From positions 194,926 through 258,925 of the forward strand of contig JAJDCD010000025.1 in assembly GCA_029261035.1 (NCBI GenBank): a stretch of DNA of 64,000 nt, read 5' to 3'. The notes beneath the pieces are model-generated. The model ran no database searches. It was not told the origin of the DNA and saw only the letters and a program-made list of their open reading frames with translations. This stretch comes from Candidatus Omnitrophota bacterium (GTDB lineage: Bacteria > Omnitrophota > Omnitrophia > Omnitrophales > JACROU01). The translations under genes were made by a program, and so were the position numbers. This document shows, in pieces, positions 36,420-48,139 of the stretch (position 1 is the stretch's first letter; each line of letters starts with the position of its first letter).

Positions 36420-37490
36420 CTAGTCTAAATTCTTAATAACCTGCTCTCCCATTTCGGTGCAACTAACCAATTGACAACCTTCAGACATGATATCTGGGGT
36501 TCTAAAACCTGCCTCTAACACTTTCTCTACCGCTTTCTCAATACTATCAGCAAGTTCCGGAAGATTCAAAGTATAGCGCATCATCATTCCAACAGAAAGA
36601 ATAGTAGCTAAAGGATTAGCCTTGTTCTGCCCTTCAATATCAGGAGCACTTCCATGAACAGGTTCATACATCGCATGCTTCTCTCCCAAACTCGCAGATG
36701 GCAACATCCCAATCGACCCCGTCAACATAGCTGCCTCATCACTCAAAATATCTCCAAATAGATTGGTCGTCACAATCACATCAAACTGTTTTGGATTCCG
36801 AATCAACTGCATTGCACAGTTATCCACATACATGTGGTCTAACTCTACATCTTTATAATCTTTAGCAACATCAACAACCGTATTCCTCCACAACTCTGAA
36901 GACTCTAGAACATTTGCTTTATCGACAGAAAGAACTTTTTTTCTTCTTTTGCGTGCAAGCTCAAAAGCTTTATGGGCAATTCTTTCCACTTCTGGCGTTG
37001 TGTATACTTCTGTATTAACACCTTTCTGTGTCCCATCAGGTAAAGTCTCAACCCCCTTAGGTTCCCCAAAATAAATTCCACCAATCAATTCACGTAGAAC
37101 CATCAAATCAATTCCATCCACAATTTCCGGCTTCAATGTACTTGCATGAACCAAACTCGAGAAAACTTTCACGGGTCTTAAATTAGCAAACAAACCCAAC
37201 TCTTCTCTTAATTTTAAAAGCGCTCTTTCAGGACGAATAGCATAATCCAAACCTTCCCACTTCGGGCCTCCCACAGCTCCCAAAAGAACAACGTCTGCGG
37301 CTTTAGCTTTGTTTAAAACTTGATCGGTAATCGGAACACCATGAGCATCAATAGACGTACCGCCAACAATATCTTCCTCAAGCTCAAAAACGAGGTGATG
37401 TTTTTCAGCAAGCGCTTGAATCAATTTAACCGCTTCAACAGTTACTTCTTTTCCAATCCCATCTCCAGGCAATACACAAATCTTATACAT
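36420..37490 (-). CDS. leuB: 3-isopropylmalate dehydrogenase
   Basis: [44 protein letters not shown]; leuB-asd-truA order. Confidence 0.97.
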   Translation of the reverse strand: MYKICVLPGDGIGKEVTVEAVKLIQALAEKHHLVFELEEDIVGGTSIDAHGVPITDQVLNKAKAADVVLLGAVGGPKWEGLDYAIRPERALLKLREELGLFANLRPVKVFSSLVHASTLKPEIVDGIDLMVLRELIGGIYFGEPKGVETLPDGTQKGVNTEVYTTPEVERIAHKAFELARKRRKKVLSVDKANVLESSELWRNTVVDVAKDYKDVELDHMYVDNCAMQLIRNPKQFDVIVTTNLFGDILSDEAAMLTGSIGMLPSASLGEKHAMYEPVHGSAPDIEGQNKANPLATILSVGMMMRYTLNLPELADSIEKAVEKVLEAGFRTPDIMSEGCQLVSCTEMGEQVIKNLD

Positions 37491-37522
37491 TGCATTCTCC
37501 TTTTATAACAAACATCAAAAAA

Positions 37523-38302
37523 TTATTTTATCGCTAACCCTTCTTGAGGGCTAGAAGCGGAAGCGTATTCTTTCATTGGAATACGACCAGCAAAAAAAGC
37601 ATTTCTTCCTGCTAAAACACCTTGCTTCATTGCTTCAGCCATCAGTGTGGCATCATCCGCAAGAGCAATTGCTGTATTCATCAACACGCCGTCCACACCC
37701 AACTCCATACAAACAGCAGCGTCTGAAGCCGTGCCGACTCCGGCATCCACAATTACAGGACAACTTACTGCTTCTTTAATAAACTTAATATTCAATGGGT
37801 TTTGAATTCCTCTTCCAGAACCAATCGGAGCTGCTAAAGGCATGACACAAGCCGCACCCGCATCTTCTAACTTCTTTGCCATAATTAAATCATCATTAGT
37901 ATAAGGCATTACCGTAAAACCTTCTTTAACCAATACTTTCGTAGCTTCTAAAAGCCCTTCAGTGTCGGGTAATAATGTTTTCTTATCTCCAATAACTTCC
38001 AATTTAACTAAATCTCCAACCCCTGCGGCACGCGCTAAACGAGAAATGCGAATAGCATCCTCCGCTGTATAAGCACCTGCTGTATTAGGCAACAATGTAA
38101 ACTGATCCCGGTCAATAAAATCCAGAATTGTTTTTTCATCTTTAGACTCTAAATTTACTCGCCCAATAGCAACCGTAACCAGATCTGCACCTGAAGCAGC
38201 TAAAGCAGAAACCATTTCTTCATTTGTTCTGTACTTCCCTGTCCCTATAATTAATCGAGATTTAAATGTATATTCCCCTATTTTAAGCATATCGTCTTTC
38301 AT
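37523..38302 (-). CDS. thiG: Thiazole synthase
   Basis: [41 protein letters not shown]. Confidence 0.97.
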   Translation of the reverse strand: MKDDMLKIGEYTFKSRLIIGTGKYRTNEEMVSALAASGADLVTVAIGRVNLESKDEKTILDFIDRDQFTLLPNTAGAYTAEDAIRISRLARAAGVGDLVKLEVIGDKKTLLPDTEGLLEATKVLVKEGFTVMPYTNDDLIMAKKLEDAGAACVMPLAAPIGSGRGIQNPLNIKFIKEAVSCPVIVDAGVGTASDAAVCMELGVDGVLMNTAIALADDATLMAEAMKQGVLAGRNAFFAGRIPMKEYASASSPQEGLAIK

Positions 38303-38336
38303 CTTTTTCTCCTTATATAAATATTGAACAAAAGTT

Positions 38337-39797
38337 CTATTCTAAAACCGTTTTTCTTTTTGCATTTTTATAAAGCTCAATATATTTCTGTGCTGTCTTC
38401 TGAACCGAAAAATCACTATTCATCGCATTATGTATTAACTGATTCCACTCAGCTTTGTTTCTATAAGCTTCAACAGCTTCATCCAATTTAGACAAAAACG
38501 CTTCAGATGTATTTTCTAAAAATACAAAACCATTCCCTTCTCCCGTCGCTGTATCGTAGTTCGTTACTGTGTCTGCCAACCCGCCTATTTCACGAACAAG
38601 AGGAATTGTTCCGTAACGCATAGAAATAATTTGCCCTAAACCGCAAGGTTCAAAAACAGAAGGCATCAAAAAGATATCTGAAGATGCATAAATTCGACGC
38701 GCTAACTTTTCATCAAATTTTAAATTAAAGCTAAAGCTTCCTGCATATTTTTGAGCTACTTTCATCAATTCATTGTGATAACGATTCATTCCTTTTCCCA
38801 AAAGCACAAATTGCAAATTGCGCTTATGAATTTTTTCCAAAGAAGCTAAAAGCAAATCAATCCCCTTTTGATCGACAAGCCGTGTCACAATTCCAAGCAA
38901 AGGAATCTGAGGATCAACCGTCAAATGAAATTCTTTTTGCAGCGCAGCTTTATTAACCGCCTTAGCTTCCATGTTTGAACTAGAAAAAGGAGTTTCCAAC
39001 TCTTTATCCGTTTCCGGATTCCATAAGTCAAAATCAATCCCATTCAAAATCCCATACAAATCTTCATTACGCCTTTGAAGCACTCCTTCAAGCCCGCACC
39101 CAAACTCTTCTGTCTGAATCTCTTTAGCATAAGTCTCACTTACGGTAGTAACCACATCCGAGTACACAAGCCCTGTTTTTAAAAAACTAAATTTCCCATA
39201 AAACTCCATACGCTGCATTGAAAACTCTTTCCAGTCAAAACCGGACAAAGCCAAAGTGTCTGGCGGGAAATTACCCTGATACGCCAAATTATGAATCGTA
39301 AAAAATGATTTTGTCTTCTGAAACGCTGCCTTATCTTGATAATCAAGCTTCAAGAAAGCCGGGACTAATCCTGTTTGCCAATCATGACAATGAATAATAT
39401 CTGGCTTTATCCCTAGAAGTTTTAGTAATTCTAGAGAAGCCTTAGAGAACATAATAAAACGTTTATCATTATCTTCATAGTCTCCCAAGCTCGTTCCGTA
39501 AATACCTTCTCGGTCAAAAAAATAAGGATGCTCCAAAAAGAAAACTTCAAGACGTTCTGATAATCGAGAACTCTTAACCGACAACTTCTCTGTTTCTTGT
39601 CCTAAAGAAACTTCAACAAACTCGCCTAATTTCTTTAACGAAAATTTACGGCCATCAACACAATGATAACGTGGCAAAACCACATATACTTGATGCCCTA
39701 ACTCTGCAATCTTATTTGGAAGATCCCCCAAGACATCTGCCAAACCACCTACCTTAGCAAAAGGAGACATCTCCGCTGCAACAAAAACTATTTTCAT
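38337..39797 (-). CDS. glgA: Glycogen synthase
   Basis: [46 protein letters not shown]. Confidence 0.96.
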   Translation of the reverse strand: MKIVFVAAEMSPFAKVGGLADVLGDLPNKIAELGHQVYVVLPRYHCVDGRKFSLKKLGEFVEVSLGQETEKLSVKSSRLSERLEVFFLEHPYFFDREGIYGTSLGDYEDNDKRFIMFSKASLELLKLLGIKPDIIHCHDWQTGLVPAFLKLDYQDKAAFQKTKSFFTIHNLAYQGNFPPDTLALSGFDWKEFSMQRMEFYGKFSFLKTGLVYSDVVTTVSETYAKEIQTEEFGCGLEGVLQRRNEDLYGILNGIDFDLWNPETDKELETPFSSSNMEAKAVNKAALQKEFHLTVDPQIPLLGIVTRLVDQKGIDLLLASLEKIHKRNLQFVLLGKGMNRYHNELMKVAQKYAGSFSFNLKFDEKLARRIYASSDIFLMPSVFEPCGLGQIISMRYGTIPLVREIGGLADTVTNYDTATGEGNGFVFLENTSEAFLSKLDEAVEAYRNKAEWNQLIHNAMNSDFSVQKTAQKYIELYKNAKRKTVLE

Positions 39798-39842
39798 GAA
39801 TCAATAACCCTTATGAGTATAAGTATTAATTAGGAAGGACTC

Positions 39843-40106
39843 TTATCTGACAACTAACACATTATTAAATGTGCCTACATGATTAGGAACGATCTCATTA
39901 TTATTCTGATCATTTTCCCAGTTACCATCAACGACAAAGCGATATTCATACCTTCCTGGCTCTAATTGATAACCTGCATTCCAATAACCTTCTTCATCCT
40001 TCTTCAAAGCCCACTCTTCCGGCTTCCATTCATTAAAGGAACCCGCAACACAAACTGTTAACGCTAAAGGAGCAAAATAAGAAAACTTCACTTTTTTTAA
40101 ACTCAT
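39843..40106 (-). CDS. Stand-alone glycogen-binding (CBM48/AMPK-beta-like) domain protein
   Basis: V-x-VAGSFNEW, L-x-PGRYEYRFVVDGNW, GTFNNVLVV; GAGGTG precedes ATG 40106; upstream of glgA. Confidence 0.88.
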   Translation of the reverse strand: MSLKKVKFSYFAPLALTVCVAGSFNEWKPEEWALKKDEEGYWNAGYQLEPGRYEYRFVVDGNWENDQNNNEIVPNHVGTFNNVLVVR

Positions 40107-40246
40107 TTCTTCACCTCTTTCTCCAATAGACCTGCTAATCAGGTCTACTGAGAGCTGACCAGTATAGCTCAAGACATAGAATTCTTCCATGATTTTTACC
40201 CTAAGTCAGATCTCAAAGTTGAACGGTAGCTTCAAATCTACCCGTC

Positions 40247-40306
40247 TATTATTGGCACACTATAGTTTAGGACCAAGTGTGCCGGGTCAACGACCTGGCA
40301 AGACAA
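40247..40306 (-). repeat. Conserved ~60-nt hairpin motif, copy A
   Basis: Minus strand TGCCAGGTC-GTT-GACCCGGCACAC...GCCAATAATA; matches 48140-48199 on the plus strand. Confidence 0.7.
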
Positions 40307-40364
40307 ATAGATAGATATTCTGATTAAATTAAATAGGAATTAACAAACAAACTTACACTGCCCA

Positions 40365-41465
40365 TTAGGAGGTTAATTTGTTGATGGTATTAGCCACTAT
40401 CTCAATATCCTCGTGATTCAGATAGGGGTGTATAGGAAGAGCAACAATACGGTTTGCCAACGACTCAGACACAGATAAGGTCTCAGAGGACTCAAAGCAA
40501 GGCTGTTTATTTAACGGAATAGGATAATGAACAGCAGACTGCACGCCCTCATCTTTCAGCTGCTGAACAAACTCATCACGAGAAACATTCAATTTGTCGA
40601 GTTGTAAACCAATAGAAAAATAATTATAACTTGGATTAGAATCACTAGTTTCTTTTTGTAATTGAATAGCAGGGTTGTTTTTAAAACTCTCAATATAATA
40701 CTGAGCAACTTGTTTTCTTTTAGCTATGAATTGCTGAACCTTCTCTAATTGAAAAATTCCTAACACCGCTTGTAAATCAGTAATTCGATAATTAAAACCT
40801 ACAGAGGGGTGTTGATACCGGTCCGACTCTCCATGAGATTTTAATGCTCTGATCTTTTGAGCCAATTCATCCGAGTCCGTCGTAATCATCCCACCCTCAC
40901 CCGTTGTCATATTTTTTGTAGGATAAAAAGAAAAACAAGCTATGTCGGCATATGAAGCCACTGATTTCCCTTTATACTGGGAGCCTAATGCTTGAGCCGC
41001 GTCCCAAATCACACTCAATTTGTTTTGTTGAGCAAAAGATTGAATCGATTGAATATCACAAGAATTTCCAAATAAATGAACTGGAGCAACTGCTTTCGTT
41101 CTTTCTGTTTTCTTTCTTTCACATTCTTCCACAGATAAAGTCCAAGTATCTGGATCAATATCACAAAAAACCGGTTTGGCGCCTGAAAGCATAACCATGC
41201 TCGCAGTGGAAATAAATGTAAAGGCAGGAACTAAAACCTCATCCCCTGGCTCCAATAGAGAAAAATAAGCTAAGTGAAGCGCTGCCGTACCCGAAGTGAC
41301 GCTAATCGCATGCTTCACTCCCATCATAGTAGCGAACTGATCCTCAAATTGACGTGTCTTCTCTCCCTCACGCAAATTACCCGAACGGAGAACATCACAG
41401 CAAGCTTGAATCTCGTCTTCAGTTAGCCTAACTTGGCATATAGGTATCATATTCTTTGCTTTCAT
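40365..41465 (-). CDS. DegT/DnrJ/EryC1/StrS nucleotide-sugar aminotransferase
   Basis: SGTAALHLA, PAFTFIST, DAAQALG, FSFYPTKNMTTGEGG, GFNYR. Confidence 0.93.
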   Translation of the reverse strand: MKAKNMIPICQVRLTEDEIQACCDVLRSGNLREGEKTRQFEDQFATMMGVKHAISVTSGTAALHLAYFSLLEPGDEVLVPAFTFISTASMVMLSGAKPVFCDIDPDTWTLSVEECERKKTERTKAVAPVHLFGNSCDIQSIQSFAQQNKLSVIWDAAQALGSQYKGKSVASYADIACFSFYPTKNMTTGEGGMITTDSDELAQKIRALKSHGESDRYQHPSVGFNYRITDLQAVLGIFQLEKVQQFIAKRKQVAQYYIESFKNNPAIQLQKETSDSNPSYNYFSIGLQLDKLNVSRDEFVQQLKDEGVQSAVHYPIPLNKQPCFESSETLSVSESLANRIVALPIHPYLNHEDIEIVANTINKLTS

Positions 41466-41512
41466 AGATAAAGATTGTAACAAATCTGGATAAAAGAAGA
41501 TAGAGGGTTATA

Positions 41513-42358
41513 TTAAGCTTTTTCCCCAATTAGAACCAACGCGTAACCAAAGGTATCGTCTAAAAAAGTGTGCGGGTCGTAAGAATAATAACGAAATCGA
41601 TTCTTAAGAGCAGGAGCCGGCTTTTTGTTTTTTTTAAAGAACTTATGCTTAAGTTTATCGAATAAATGCGCCGGCAGATGGATCAGCCGTTGAATGAGCC
41701 AAAAATTAAGCGTATCTCCTACAACTCCAGAACCTATTACTTTCCAATTTTTTAATTGAAGCCTTTTCGCTATTTTTTTCTTCTCAGATTTATAATAAGG
41801 CACTTCTAAACCGAGCATCCATTTATTCATTTTACTCAAAACCCACTTTCCAATACGGTAAGGCAGAAATGCGGCATTAGGAACACTGATAACAAGCAAC
41901 CCTCCAGGTTTGAGCAGTTTTTTATGCGCTTCATAAATATCATATCGTTCGGGATACAAAAAGTGTTCAGTAAAACCATAAGACATAACAACGTCGTATT
42001 GCCCCACTAAGTTTTCAGGTATATTAAATATGTCGGCTAAGACAGGTTCAAATTTCTTTCCCCACTGCCCAAAGAGTTGCCCCGCTTTATCCAAAGCAAT
42101 TTGGTTATTATCTAAAAGAGATGTCTGAACACCTTCCAAGTTGAGAATCATCGAATAAATTCCTCGACCCGCTCCTACCTCAATCACTTTAAGGTCTTTA
42201 AACGAACCGAATCGATCCAAAATAGATTGTTTAATTTTTTTAGCCCGAACCGTTTTAGCTTCTCTTTCAATATCTAGCTTATTTTCTTCAAACTGAAAAT
42301 CACGATCCCAAACTTGTGTCCAAGCATTCTCATTGGGTGTATTCGAATTATACTTCAT
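41513..42358 (-). CDS. Class I SAM-dependent methyltransferase
   Basis: VIEVGAGRG motif I, YDVVMSYGFTEHF, LLKPGG. Confidence 0.88.
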   Translation of the reverse strand: MKYNSNTPNENAWTQVWDRDFQFEENKLDIEREAKTVRAKKIKQSILDRFGSFKDLKVIEVGAGRGIYSMILNLEGVQTSLLDNNQIALDKAGQLFGQWGKKFEPVLADIFNIPENLVGQYDVVMSYGFTEHFLYPERYDIYEAHKKLLKPGGLLVISVPNAAFLPYRIGKWVLSKMNKWMLGLEVPYYKSEKKKIAKRLQLKNWKVIGSGVVGDTLNFWLIQRLIHLPAHLFDKLKHKFFKKNKKPAPALKNRFRYYSYDPHTFLDDTFGYALVLIGEKA

Positions 42359-42520
42359 AATTTAGATTATCCCTTTTTGAAAAAAATGATACCTTTACCT
42401 CAAATTCTATAGGTAAAATCTTATTTTGACACCGGAAGACTCTTTCGTCAATCCTTGGATGTACGTAAATCTCTCTTTGTAAGGCCTTAACACCCCCTTA
42501 AAAGATCAAATCTCTTTCCG

Positions 42521-42549
42521 TTGCCGGATACCTAAAAACAGTCTATAAT
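42521..42549 (+). promoter_or_regulatory. Sigma70-type promoter of the wzm-wzt operon
   Basis: TTGCCG-17 bp-TATAAT, 10 nt before ATG 42560. Confidence 0.65.
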
Positions 42550-42559
42550 ACCTTCTTTT

Positions 42560-43414
42560 ATGGACCTCAAAAAAAATATACCTATGCTAAAAACTACGGA
42601 ACAAATTCAAATTAAGCCTTCAAAAGGCTGGGTTTCTCTAAATCTCAAAGAAATTTGGAAATTTAGGGAATTGCTTTACTTTCTAACCTGGAGAGATATC
42701 AAGGTTAGGTACAAGCAAACAGCCATTGGTGTAATGTGGGTTCTATTACAACCCTTATTTACGATGCTCTTATTCAGTCTTATTTTTGGACGCTTAGCAA
42801 AAATTCCTTCTGATGGTATTCCCTATCCCGCGTTTATTTTTTCAGGATTATTACCCTGGCTTCTATTTGCAAAAGCACTCACAGACGCCAGTACAAGTTT
42901 GGTTTCCAATGAACAGATTATTACAAAGGTCTATTTCCCAAGAGTCATTGTGCCCACATCTGCTGTTCTCGCAGGAGTTATGGACTTCCTAATTGCATCT
43001 TGTTTACTGCTTGGACTTTTATTATTTTATGGAATTGTTCCTAACTGGAATATTTTAGCACTCCCTTTCTTTGTCCTCATGACTATTTTATGCGCTTTAG
43101 GTGTTGGTTTTTGGCTGTGTGCCTTAGATGTAGTTTACAGAGATGTTCGCTACACAATTCCCTTCTTAACTCAACTCTGGTTTTTTGGGACACCTATTGT
43201 TTACCCCTCTAGCCTCATTCCAGATCAATGGAAATTATTATTTGGAATGAACCCAATGGCTGGAGTTATTGAGGGGTTTCGCTGGTCTCTCCTAGGCAAA
43301 GAAGATTTTCCTTTTTTAATTATTCTTTCATCTTCTATTACTGTCATTTTTCTTTTCACGACAGGCTTGTACTATTTTAGAAGAATGGAAAAAAACTTTT
43401 CGGATATCATTTAA
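42560..43414 (+). CDS. wzm: ABC-2 polysaccharide exporter permease
   Basis: RDIKVRYKQTAIGVMW, KVYFPR, YRDVRY, NPMAGVIEGFR; six TM segments. Confidence 0.92.
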   Translation: MDLKKNIPMLKTTEQIQIKPSKGWVSLNLKEIWKFRELLYFLTWRDIKVRYKQTAIGVMWVLLQPLFTMLLFSLIFGRLAKIPSDGIPYPAFIFSGLLPWLLFAKALTDASTSLVSNEQIITKVYFPRVIVPTSAVLAGVMDFLIASCLLLGLLLFYGIVPNWNILALPFFVLMTILCALGVGFWLCALDVVYRDVRYTIPFLTQLWFFGTPIVYPSSLIPDQWKLLFGMNPMAGVIEGFRWSLLGKEDFPFLIILSSSITVIFLFTTGLYYFRRMEKNFSDII

Positions 43415-43415
43415 A

Positions 43416-44711
43416 ATGACAACCAAAGTTATTGAAGTTAGCAAAATTGCAAAGCGTTATCGGATTGGTGGACTCGAACCCTACAAAGCGTTCAGAGACA
43501 CTTTAACTTCTTTTCTAAAAAACCCGTTCACCTCAAAAAAAACTGCAAAAGACTCTAAAGTACACTGGGCCCTTGATGATGTTTCTTTTGATGTAAACCA
43601 AGGGGATGTTTTAGGGATTATTGGAAGAAATGGTTCGGGTAAAACAACGCTTCTCAAGGTGTTATCTCGAGTTACCTCCCCTACTCGAGGGAAAGCTTTG
43701 ATTAAAGGAAATGTAGCTGCCTTGTTAGAAGTCGGCACTGGATTCCATCCCGAACTTACAGGAAGAGAAAACATATATTTAAGTGGCGCAATTTTAGGGA
43801 TGAAACGAAAAGAAATTAAAAGAAAATTTGACGAAATCGTAGCATTCTCTGAGGTAGAAAAATTTATCGATACTCCTTTAAAACGTTATTCCACTGGAAT
43901 GAAAGTAAGGCTCGCCTTTGCCGTTCCAGCTCACTTAGAATCTGAAATTCTATTTATCGATGAAGTATTAGCCGTGGGTGACAACAATTTTCAAAAAAAA
44001 TGTCTTGGCAAAATGGAAAATGCCAGCAAAGAAGGTAAAACAGCTCTCTTTGTCTCTCACAGTATGCCTGCAGTGCTTAGACTCTGTAACCGAGTGATTT
44101 TATTAAATAATGGAAAGTTAATTAAAGACGGACCTTCTAATGAAGTCATTAGATCCTATTTAGAATCTGAAATGGGAAGCACAGCAAAACGATCTTGGAA
44201 TAATTTTAATGAAGCACCTGGGGACGATATCGCACGAATCAAATCTATTCAAGTTTTAAATCAAGAAGGAGTAAATACGGAAACTTTAGATATAACAAAA
44301 CCTTTTTCAGTAGAAGTGGAATATTGGAAAAATAACCCTAGAAGCAATCCTTCCGCTCTTCTATCGATATACAATCAAGAAGGAATTTGTCTTTTTACTA
44401 CCAGCGAACTGATTCATGATGAATGGAAAAAACAACCGAATGAATCTAGTTTAGTAAAAAGCACCTGCCACATTCCTGGAAACTTTTTTGCAGAAGGGCA
44501 ATTTTCTATAACGCTTATACTAGGTTCGTTTAACCCTAATTTAGCACACGCATGTGAAAAGGATGCCGTTGCGTTTCAAATAGTAGATAAAAATGACGGA
44601 AACAGCGTGCGTGGTGAGTATGCAAATGAATGGGCCGGTGTTGTTCGTCCTTGTTTACAATGGAACACAAAATATGAACCCCTTAAAAAACAGGTTGATT
44701 GTATCCAATAA
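43416..44711 (+). CDS. wzt: ABC polysaccharide exporter ATPase with Wzt C-terminal domain
   Basis: GRNGSGKTT, LLEVGTGFHPELTGREN, YSTGMKVRL, DEVLAVGD, extended C-terminal beta domain. Confidence 0.93.
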   Translation: MTTKVIEVSKIAKRYRIGGLEPYKAFRDTLTSFLKNPFTSKKTAKDSKVHWALDDVSFDVNQGDVLGIIGRNGSGKTTLLKVLSRVTSPTRGKALIKGNVAALLEVGTGFHPELTGRENIYLSGAILGMKRKEIKRKFDEIVAFSEVEKFIDTPLKRYSTGMKVRLAFAVPAHLESEILFIDEVLAVGDNNFQKKCLGKMENASKEGKTALFVSHSMPAVLRLCNRVILLNNGKLIKDGPSNEVIRSYLESEMGSTAKRSWNNFNEAPGDDIARIKSIQVLNQEGVNTETLDITKPFSVEVEYWKNNPRSNPSALLSIYNQEGICLFTTSELIHDEWKKQPNESSLVKSTCHIPGNFFAEGQFSITLILGSFNPNLAHACEKDAVAFQIVDKNDGNSVRGEYANEWAGVVRPCLQWNTKYEPLKKQVDCIQ

Positions 44712-45709
44712 TGAAACAGTTCATTCCCTTAGAACACAAAATAGCAAATGGCATAGAGTATTTAAGAAGAAATTTGCCTGAGGCTATTAGAAAAGCAACT
44801 CCTCGCTGGGTCAAAGATAAAATTATTGACATAGAATGGTTTTTGTTTCGCTTTAAATACAAAAAAGCAAAAACAGAACTTAACAAACCCAAAAAACCAA
44901 TCATTGTGATTAGCATTCCAAAAAACGGCACTAACCTCATTAAAATGTTTCTTCTGTCTATACCAGGAATGTCCTCTAGAACTCACTTTCCAAGTGGAAT
45001 CCAATCTATTTCTAATCTAAAAACGACTATGGATTCTAACAAAAAAATCCTTTTAAAAGCAAAACCAGGAGAAGTTTATAGTTGGCACTTACCTTATGAT
45101 AAAGAATTCTCTAAATGGCTAGATGATCATAATTTTAAAAAAATATTTATCTATAGAGACCCTAGAGATTACGCAGTTTCTTTGCTTCACTTTATTATGA
45201 ATAACCCTCCCCACTTACCTCCTTACCCTTTTTTAGATATGTTTTCTAAACTAAACTCCGATGACGAAAGACTGATGGCTTGCATCTGTGGTTATGGAGA
45301 AAATGCAGAAAAATCAATAATCACCGAAAACCACCTCCCCAATATAAAACAAATTTACAATCAATATATGGGTTGGATTAATGATGACAATACCTTTTGC
45401 CTTAAATACGAAGAGCTCTGTTATAGCGAAACAAGTAAGGAGCAAATGTTTAAAACTTCATCAAACATACTCCACTTCCTTGGACTTAACCCTAAAATTA
45501 CATCCGATGAAACGCTCCAAGAACTTTTAACAACGGGTTTAGACCATAAAAAATCTCCTACGTTTCGATCTGGAAAAATTGGTGCGTGGAAAAAATGCTT
45601 TAGCCCGAATCACATAGAAGCATTCCATCAGATTTCTGGCAGCTTATTAAATCAACTGAATTATAAAGAAGAGGAAACGAACTCAAAAAATGAATATTCT
45701 AGGACTTAA
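44699..45709 (+). CDS. PAPS-dependent sulfotransferase
   Basis: 5'-PSB-like SIPKNGTN, 3'-PB RDPRDYAVS, C-terminal FRSGKIGAWK. Confidence 0.85.
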   Translation: MYPIMKQFIPLEHKIANGIEYLRRNLPEAIRKATPRWVKDKIIDIEWFLFRFKYKKAKTELNKPKKPIIVISIPKNGTNLIKMFLLSIPGMSSRTHFPSGIQSISNLKTTMDSNKKILLKAKPGEVYSWHLPYDKEFSKWLDDHNFKKIFIYRDPRDYAVSLLHFIMNNPPHLPPYPFLDMFSKLNSDDERLMACICGYGENAEKSIITENHLPNIKQIYNQYMGWINDDNTFCLKYEELCYSETSKEQMFKTSSNILHFLGLNPKITSDETLQELLTTGLDHKKSPTFRSGKIGAWKKCFSPNHIEAFHQISGSLLNQLNYKEEETNSKNEYSRT

Positions 45710-47417
45710 TGCTTATCATGGGGATGCTTCCGCATGTATCGTAAAAGATGGTAAAGTTATCTCTGCTTGCGAAGAAGAACGTTTAAATCGAATTAAACAT
45801 TGTGCAGGGTTCCCGTCCCTCGCTATTCAAAGTTGTTTAAAAGAATCCAATCTAACCATAGATGATATTGATTTCATTAGCATATCCAGAAACCCAAAAG
45901 CAAACTTATCAAAAAAGATTTTTTTTACTATTAAAAAAGGGGCTGGGCTATCCCATTTAATTAAATCCAGAATTAAAAATGCTGCTCGCATCATTAGTCT
46001 TAAAGACGAAATCAAAAATGCGCTTAACCTCTCTTCTCCTCCAAGAGCTAAAATAGAAAATGTGGAGCATCATCTAGCTCATATGGCGAGCGCTTTCTAC
46101 CCTTCTCCTTTCGATCAAGCTGCTATTCTTTCTATTGATGGTTTTGGCGATTTTGTTAGCACCAAATGGGGTGTTGGAAACCAAGAAGACATTCAAGTTT
46201 TGGGGCAAGTAGAGTTTCCTCACTCAATGGGAGTACTTTATACTGCAATCACACAATACCTTGGTTTTCCTCATTATGGGGATGAATACAAAGTAATGGG
46301 GCTAGCCTCTTACGGCAAACCTCTTTACATGGAACAATTTAAAGACATTGTTAAAATTGATGAAAAAAAAGGATTTGAACTTAACCTAGATTATTTTATC
46401 CACCATACCGAAGGTGTGGAAATGAATTGGGAAAAAGGCTATCCAGAACTAAGTACGTGCTTCTCTTCAAAGCTCGTTGAAATTTTTGGCCCTTCCCGAA
46501 AACCCAAAGAAGAAACAACCGACCATCACAGGAACATTGCCTCTTCTTTACAAAAAACGTTCGAAGAAGTTTATTTCCATATTCTCAATATGCTCTATGA
46601 AAAAACTCAAACTAAAAATTTATGTCTCGCTGGTGGTTGCGCGCTCAATGGAGTTGCTAATGGCCAGATTCATGAAAAAACACCTTTTGAAAATATTTAC
46701 ATTCAACCTGCCGCAGCAGATTCGGGCACATCTATAGGATCCGCTCTCTATGTCGAACACGCTATTTTAAAGAACAAGAGAAAAAACCAAATGAAACACG
46801 CTTATCTTGGACCTGCTTTTTCCTCCGAACAAATTAAAAAAACCTTAGAAGAAAACAATCTCACTTATAAAGAGTTTGATAATGATAGTATGCTGGAAAA
46901 AACAGCCCAATCTCTTTCCGAAGGAAAAATCATTGGTTGGTTTCAAGACGAAATGGAATTTGGCCCACGTGCTTTAGGAAACCGAAGTCTTATTGCAGAT
47001 CCTAGAAAAAAAGAAATGAAAGATATCTTAAATTCGCGTATTAAACGTAGAGAAGGCTTTAGACCTTTCGCACCCTCCATCCTAGAGGAAAATATTAATG
47101 ATTACTTCGAACACAATCACCTCGTTCCTTTTATGACTCAGGTTTATAAAGTCAAAAAAGAAAAAAGAGAGCAAATACCTGCTGTAACTCATATTGATGG
47201 AACAGGAAGACTTCAAACAGTAAACAAAGAAACAAACCCTAAATACTGGAATCTTATTAATACGTTCAAAGAACTAACAGGCGTTCCTGTGCTCCTCAAC
47301 ACCTCTTTTAACGAAAACGAGCCTATTGTTTGTACTCCTCAAGATGCCATCAACTGTTTTCAACGCGCGGATATGGACTGCTTAGCCATCGATCACTTTT
47401 GGGTCGAAAAATCTTAG
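45690..47417 (+). CDS. O-carbamoyltransferase (NodU/CmcH/TobZ family)
   Basis: HGDASAC, EEERLNRIKH, EHHLAH, DEYKVMGLA, EFGPRALGNRS, KRREGFRPFAP, LLNTSFN. Confidence 0.95.
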   Translation: MNILGLNAYHGDASACIVKDGKVISACEEERLNRIKHCAGFPSLAIQSCLKESNLTIDDIDFISISRNPKANLSKKIFFTIKKGAGLSHLIKSRIKNAARIISLKDEIKNALNLSSPPRAKIENVEHHLAHMASAFYPSPFDQAAILSIDGFGDFVSTKWGVGNQEDIQVLGQVEFPHSMGVLYTAITQYLGFPHYGDEYKVMGLASYGKPLYMEQFKDIVKIDEKKGFELNLDYFIHHTEGVEMNWEKGYPELSTCFSSKLVEIFGPSRKPKEETTDHHRNIASSLQKTFEEVYFHILNMLYEKTQTKNLCLAGGCALNGVANGQIHEKTPFENIYIQPAAADSGTSIGSALYVEHAILKNKRKNQMKHAYLGPAFSSEQIKKTLEENNLTYKEFDNDSMLEKTAQSLSEGKIIGWFQDEMEFGPRALGNRSLIADPRKKEMKDILNSRIKRREGFRPFAPSILEENINDYFEHNHLVPFMTQVYKVKKEKREQIPAVTHIDGTGRLQTVNKETNPKYWNLINTFKELTGVPVLLNTSFNENEPIVCTPQDAINCFQRADMDCLAIDHFWVEKS

Positions 47418-47420
47418 AAC

Positions 47421-48104
47421 ATGTTTCAATCCTTTAGGTTTAATCTAAGAAGATTTTTTTCTCGATCCCCTTTTCTTTTCCATGCTATTTATGCGTTAGC
47501 CCCATACAACAAAATCCGAATGGTTCAAGAAAAAACAGATATTGTTATTGAAGGCTTTCCTCGTTCCGGAAATACATTTACTGTATTTGCATTCAAGCAA
47601 GCTCAAATAAAAGAACCCTTCATCTCTCACCATCTACATTCTCAATCTCAAATTATTAAAGCCTGCAAAAACAATGTGCCAACATGCGTTCTCATCAGAA
47701 ATCCCAAAGATGCCGTCTCATCCTTAGTAATTAAATATCCCCAAATTTCTCCAAAAGATGCTTTAAAAGCTTACATTGAATTTTACAAAGATATACTCCC
47801 CTTTAAAAATCAATTTGTAATCGCTCCTTACGAAAAGGCCATTCATCAATTGGATCAAGTGATTAAACAGATTAACCAAAAATTTAAGACAGAATTTATT
47901 CCCTTTGAACATTCCACAGAAAAGCTTACTGAAGTTAAAAAAACAATACTGGAAATAGATCAAAAGGTTAATAAGAATAGGGAAAACAAAAGAACAGAGC
48001 CTTCTCCTATAAAAGAAAAGCTGAAAAAGGAGCTCTCCTTTGCCCCGTACCGGGAGGAGCTACAGGAAGCAGAGAGTATCTATTATGAATATGTATCAAG
48101 CTAA
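47421..48104 (+). CDS. Sulfotransferase-like protein
   Basis: EGFPRSGNTF (5'-PSB-like) and RNPKDAVSS (3'-PB-like). Confidence 0.72.
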   Translation: MFQSFRFNLRRFFSRSPFLFHAIYALAPYNKIRMVQEKTDIVIEGFPRSGNTFTVFAFKQAQIKEPFISHHLHSQSQIIKACKNNVPTCVLIRNPKDAVSSLVIKYPQISPKDALKAYIEFYKDILPFKNQFVIAPYEKAIHQLDQVIKQINQKFKTEFIPFEHSTEKLTEVKKTILEIDQKVNKNRENKRTEPSPIKEKLKKELSFAPYREELQEAESIYYEYVSS

Positions 48105-48139
48105 TCTCAACAACTTATAGTCTTATAATCTTTGCGCTC

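Noticed and set aside
37523-38302. TPP riboswitch or thiS next to thiG
   Set aside because: The glgA-thiG gap is only 34 bp; neither is present
40221-40245. ops/JUMPStart element near the glycan locus (ACGGTAG)
   Set aside because: Does not match GGCGGTAG, lies outside the leader of either glycan operon and is not shared with the second motif copy
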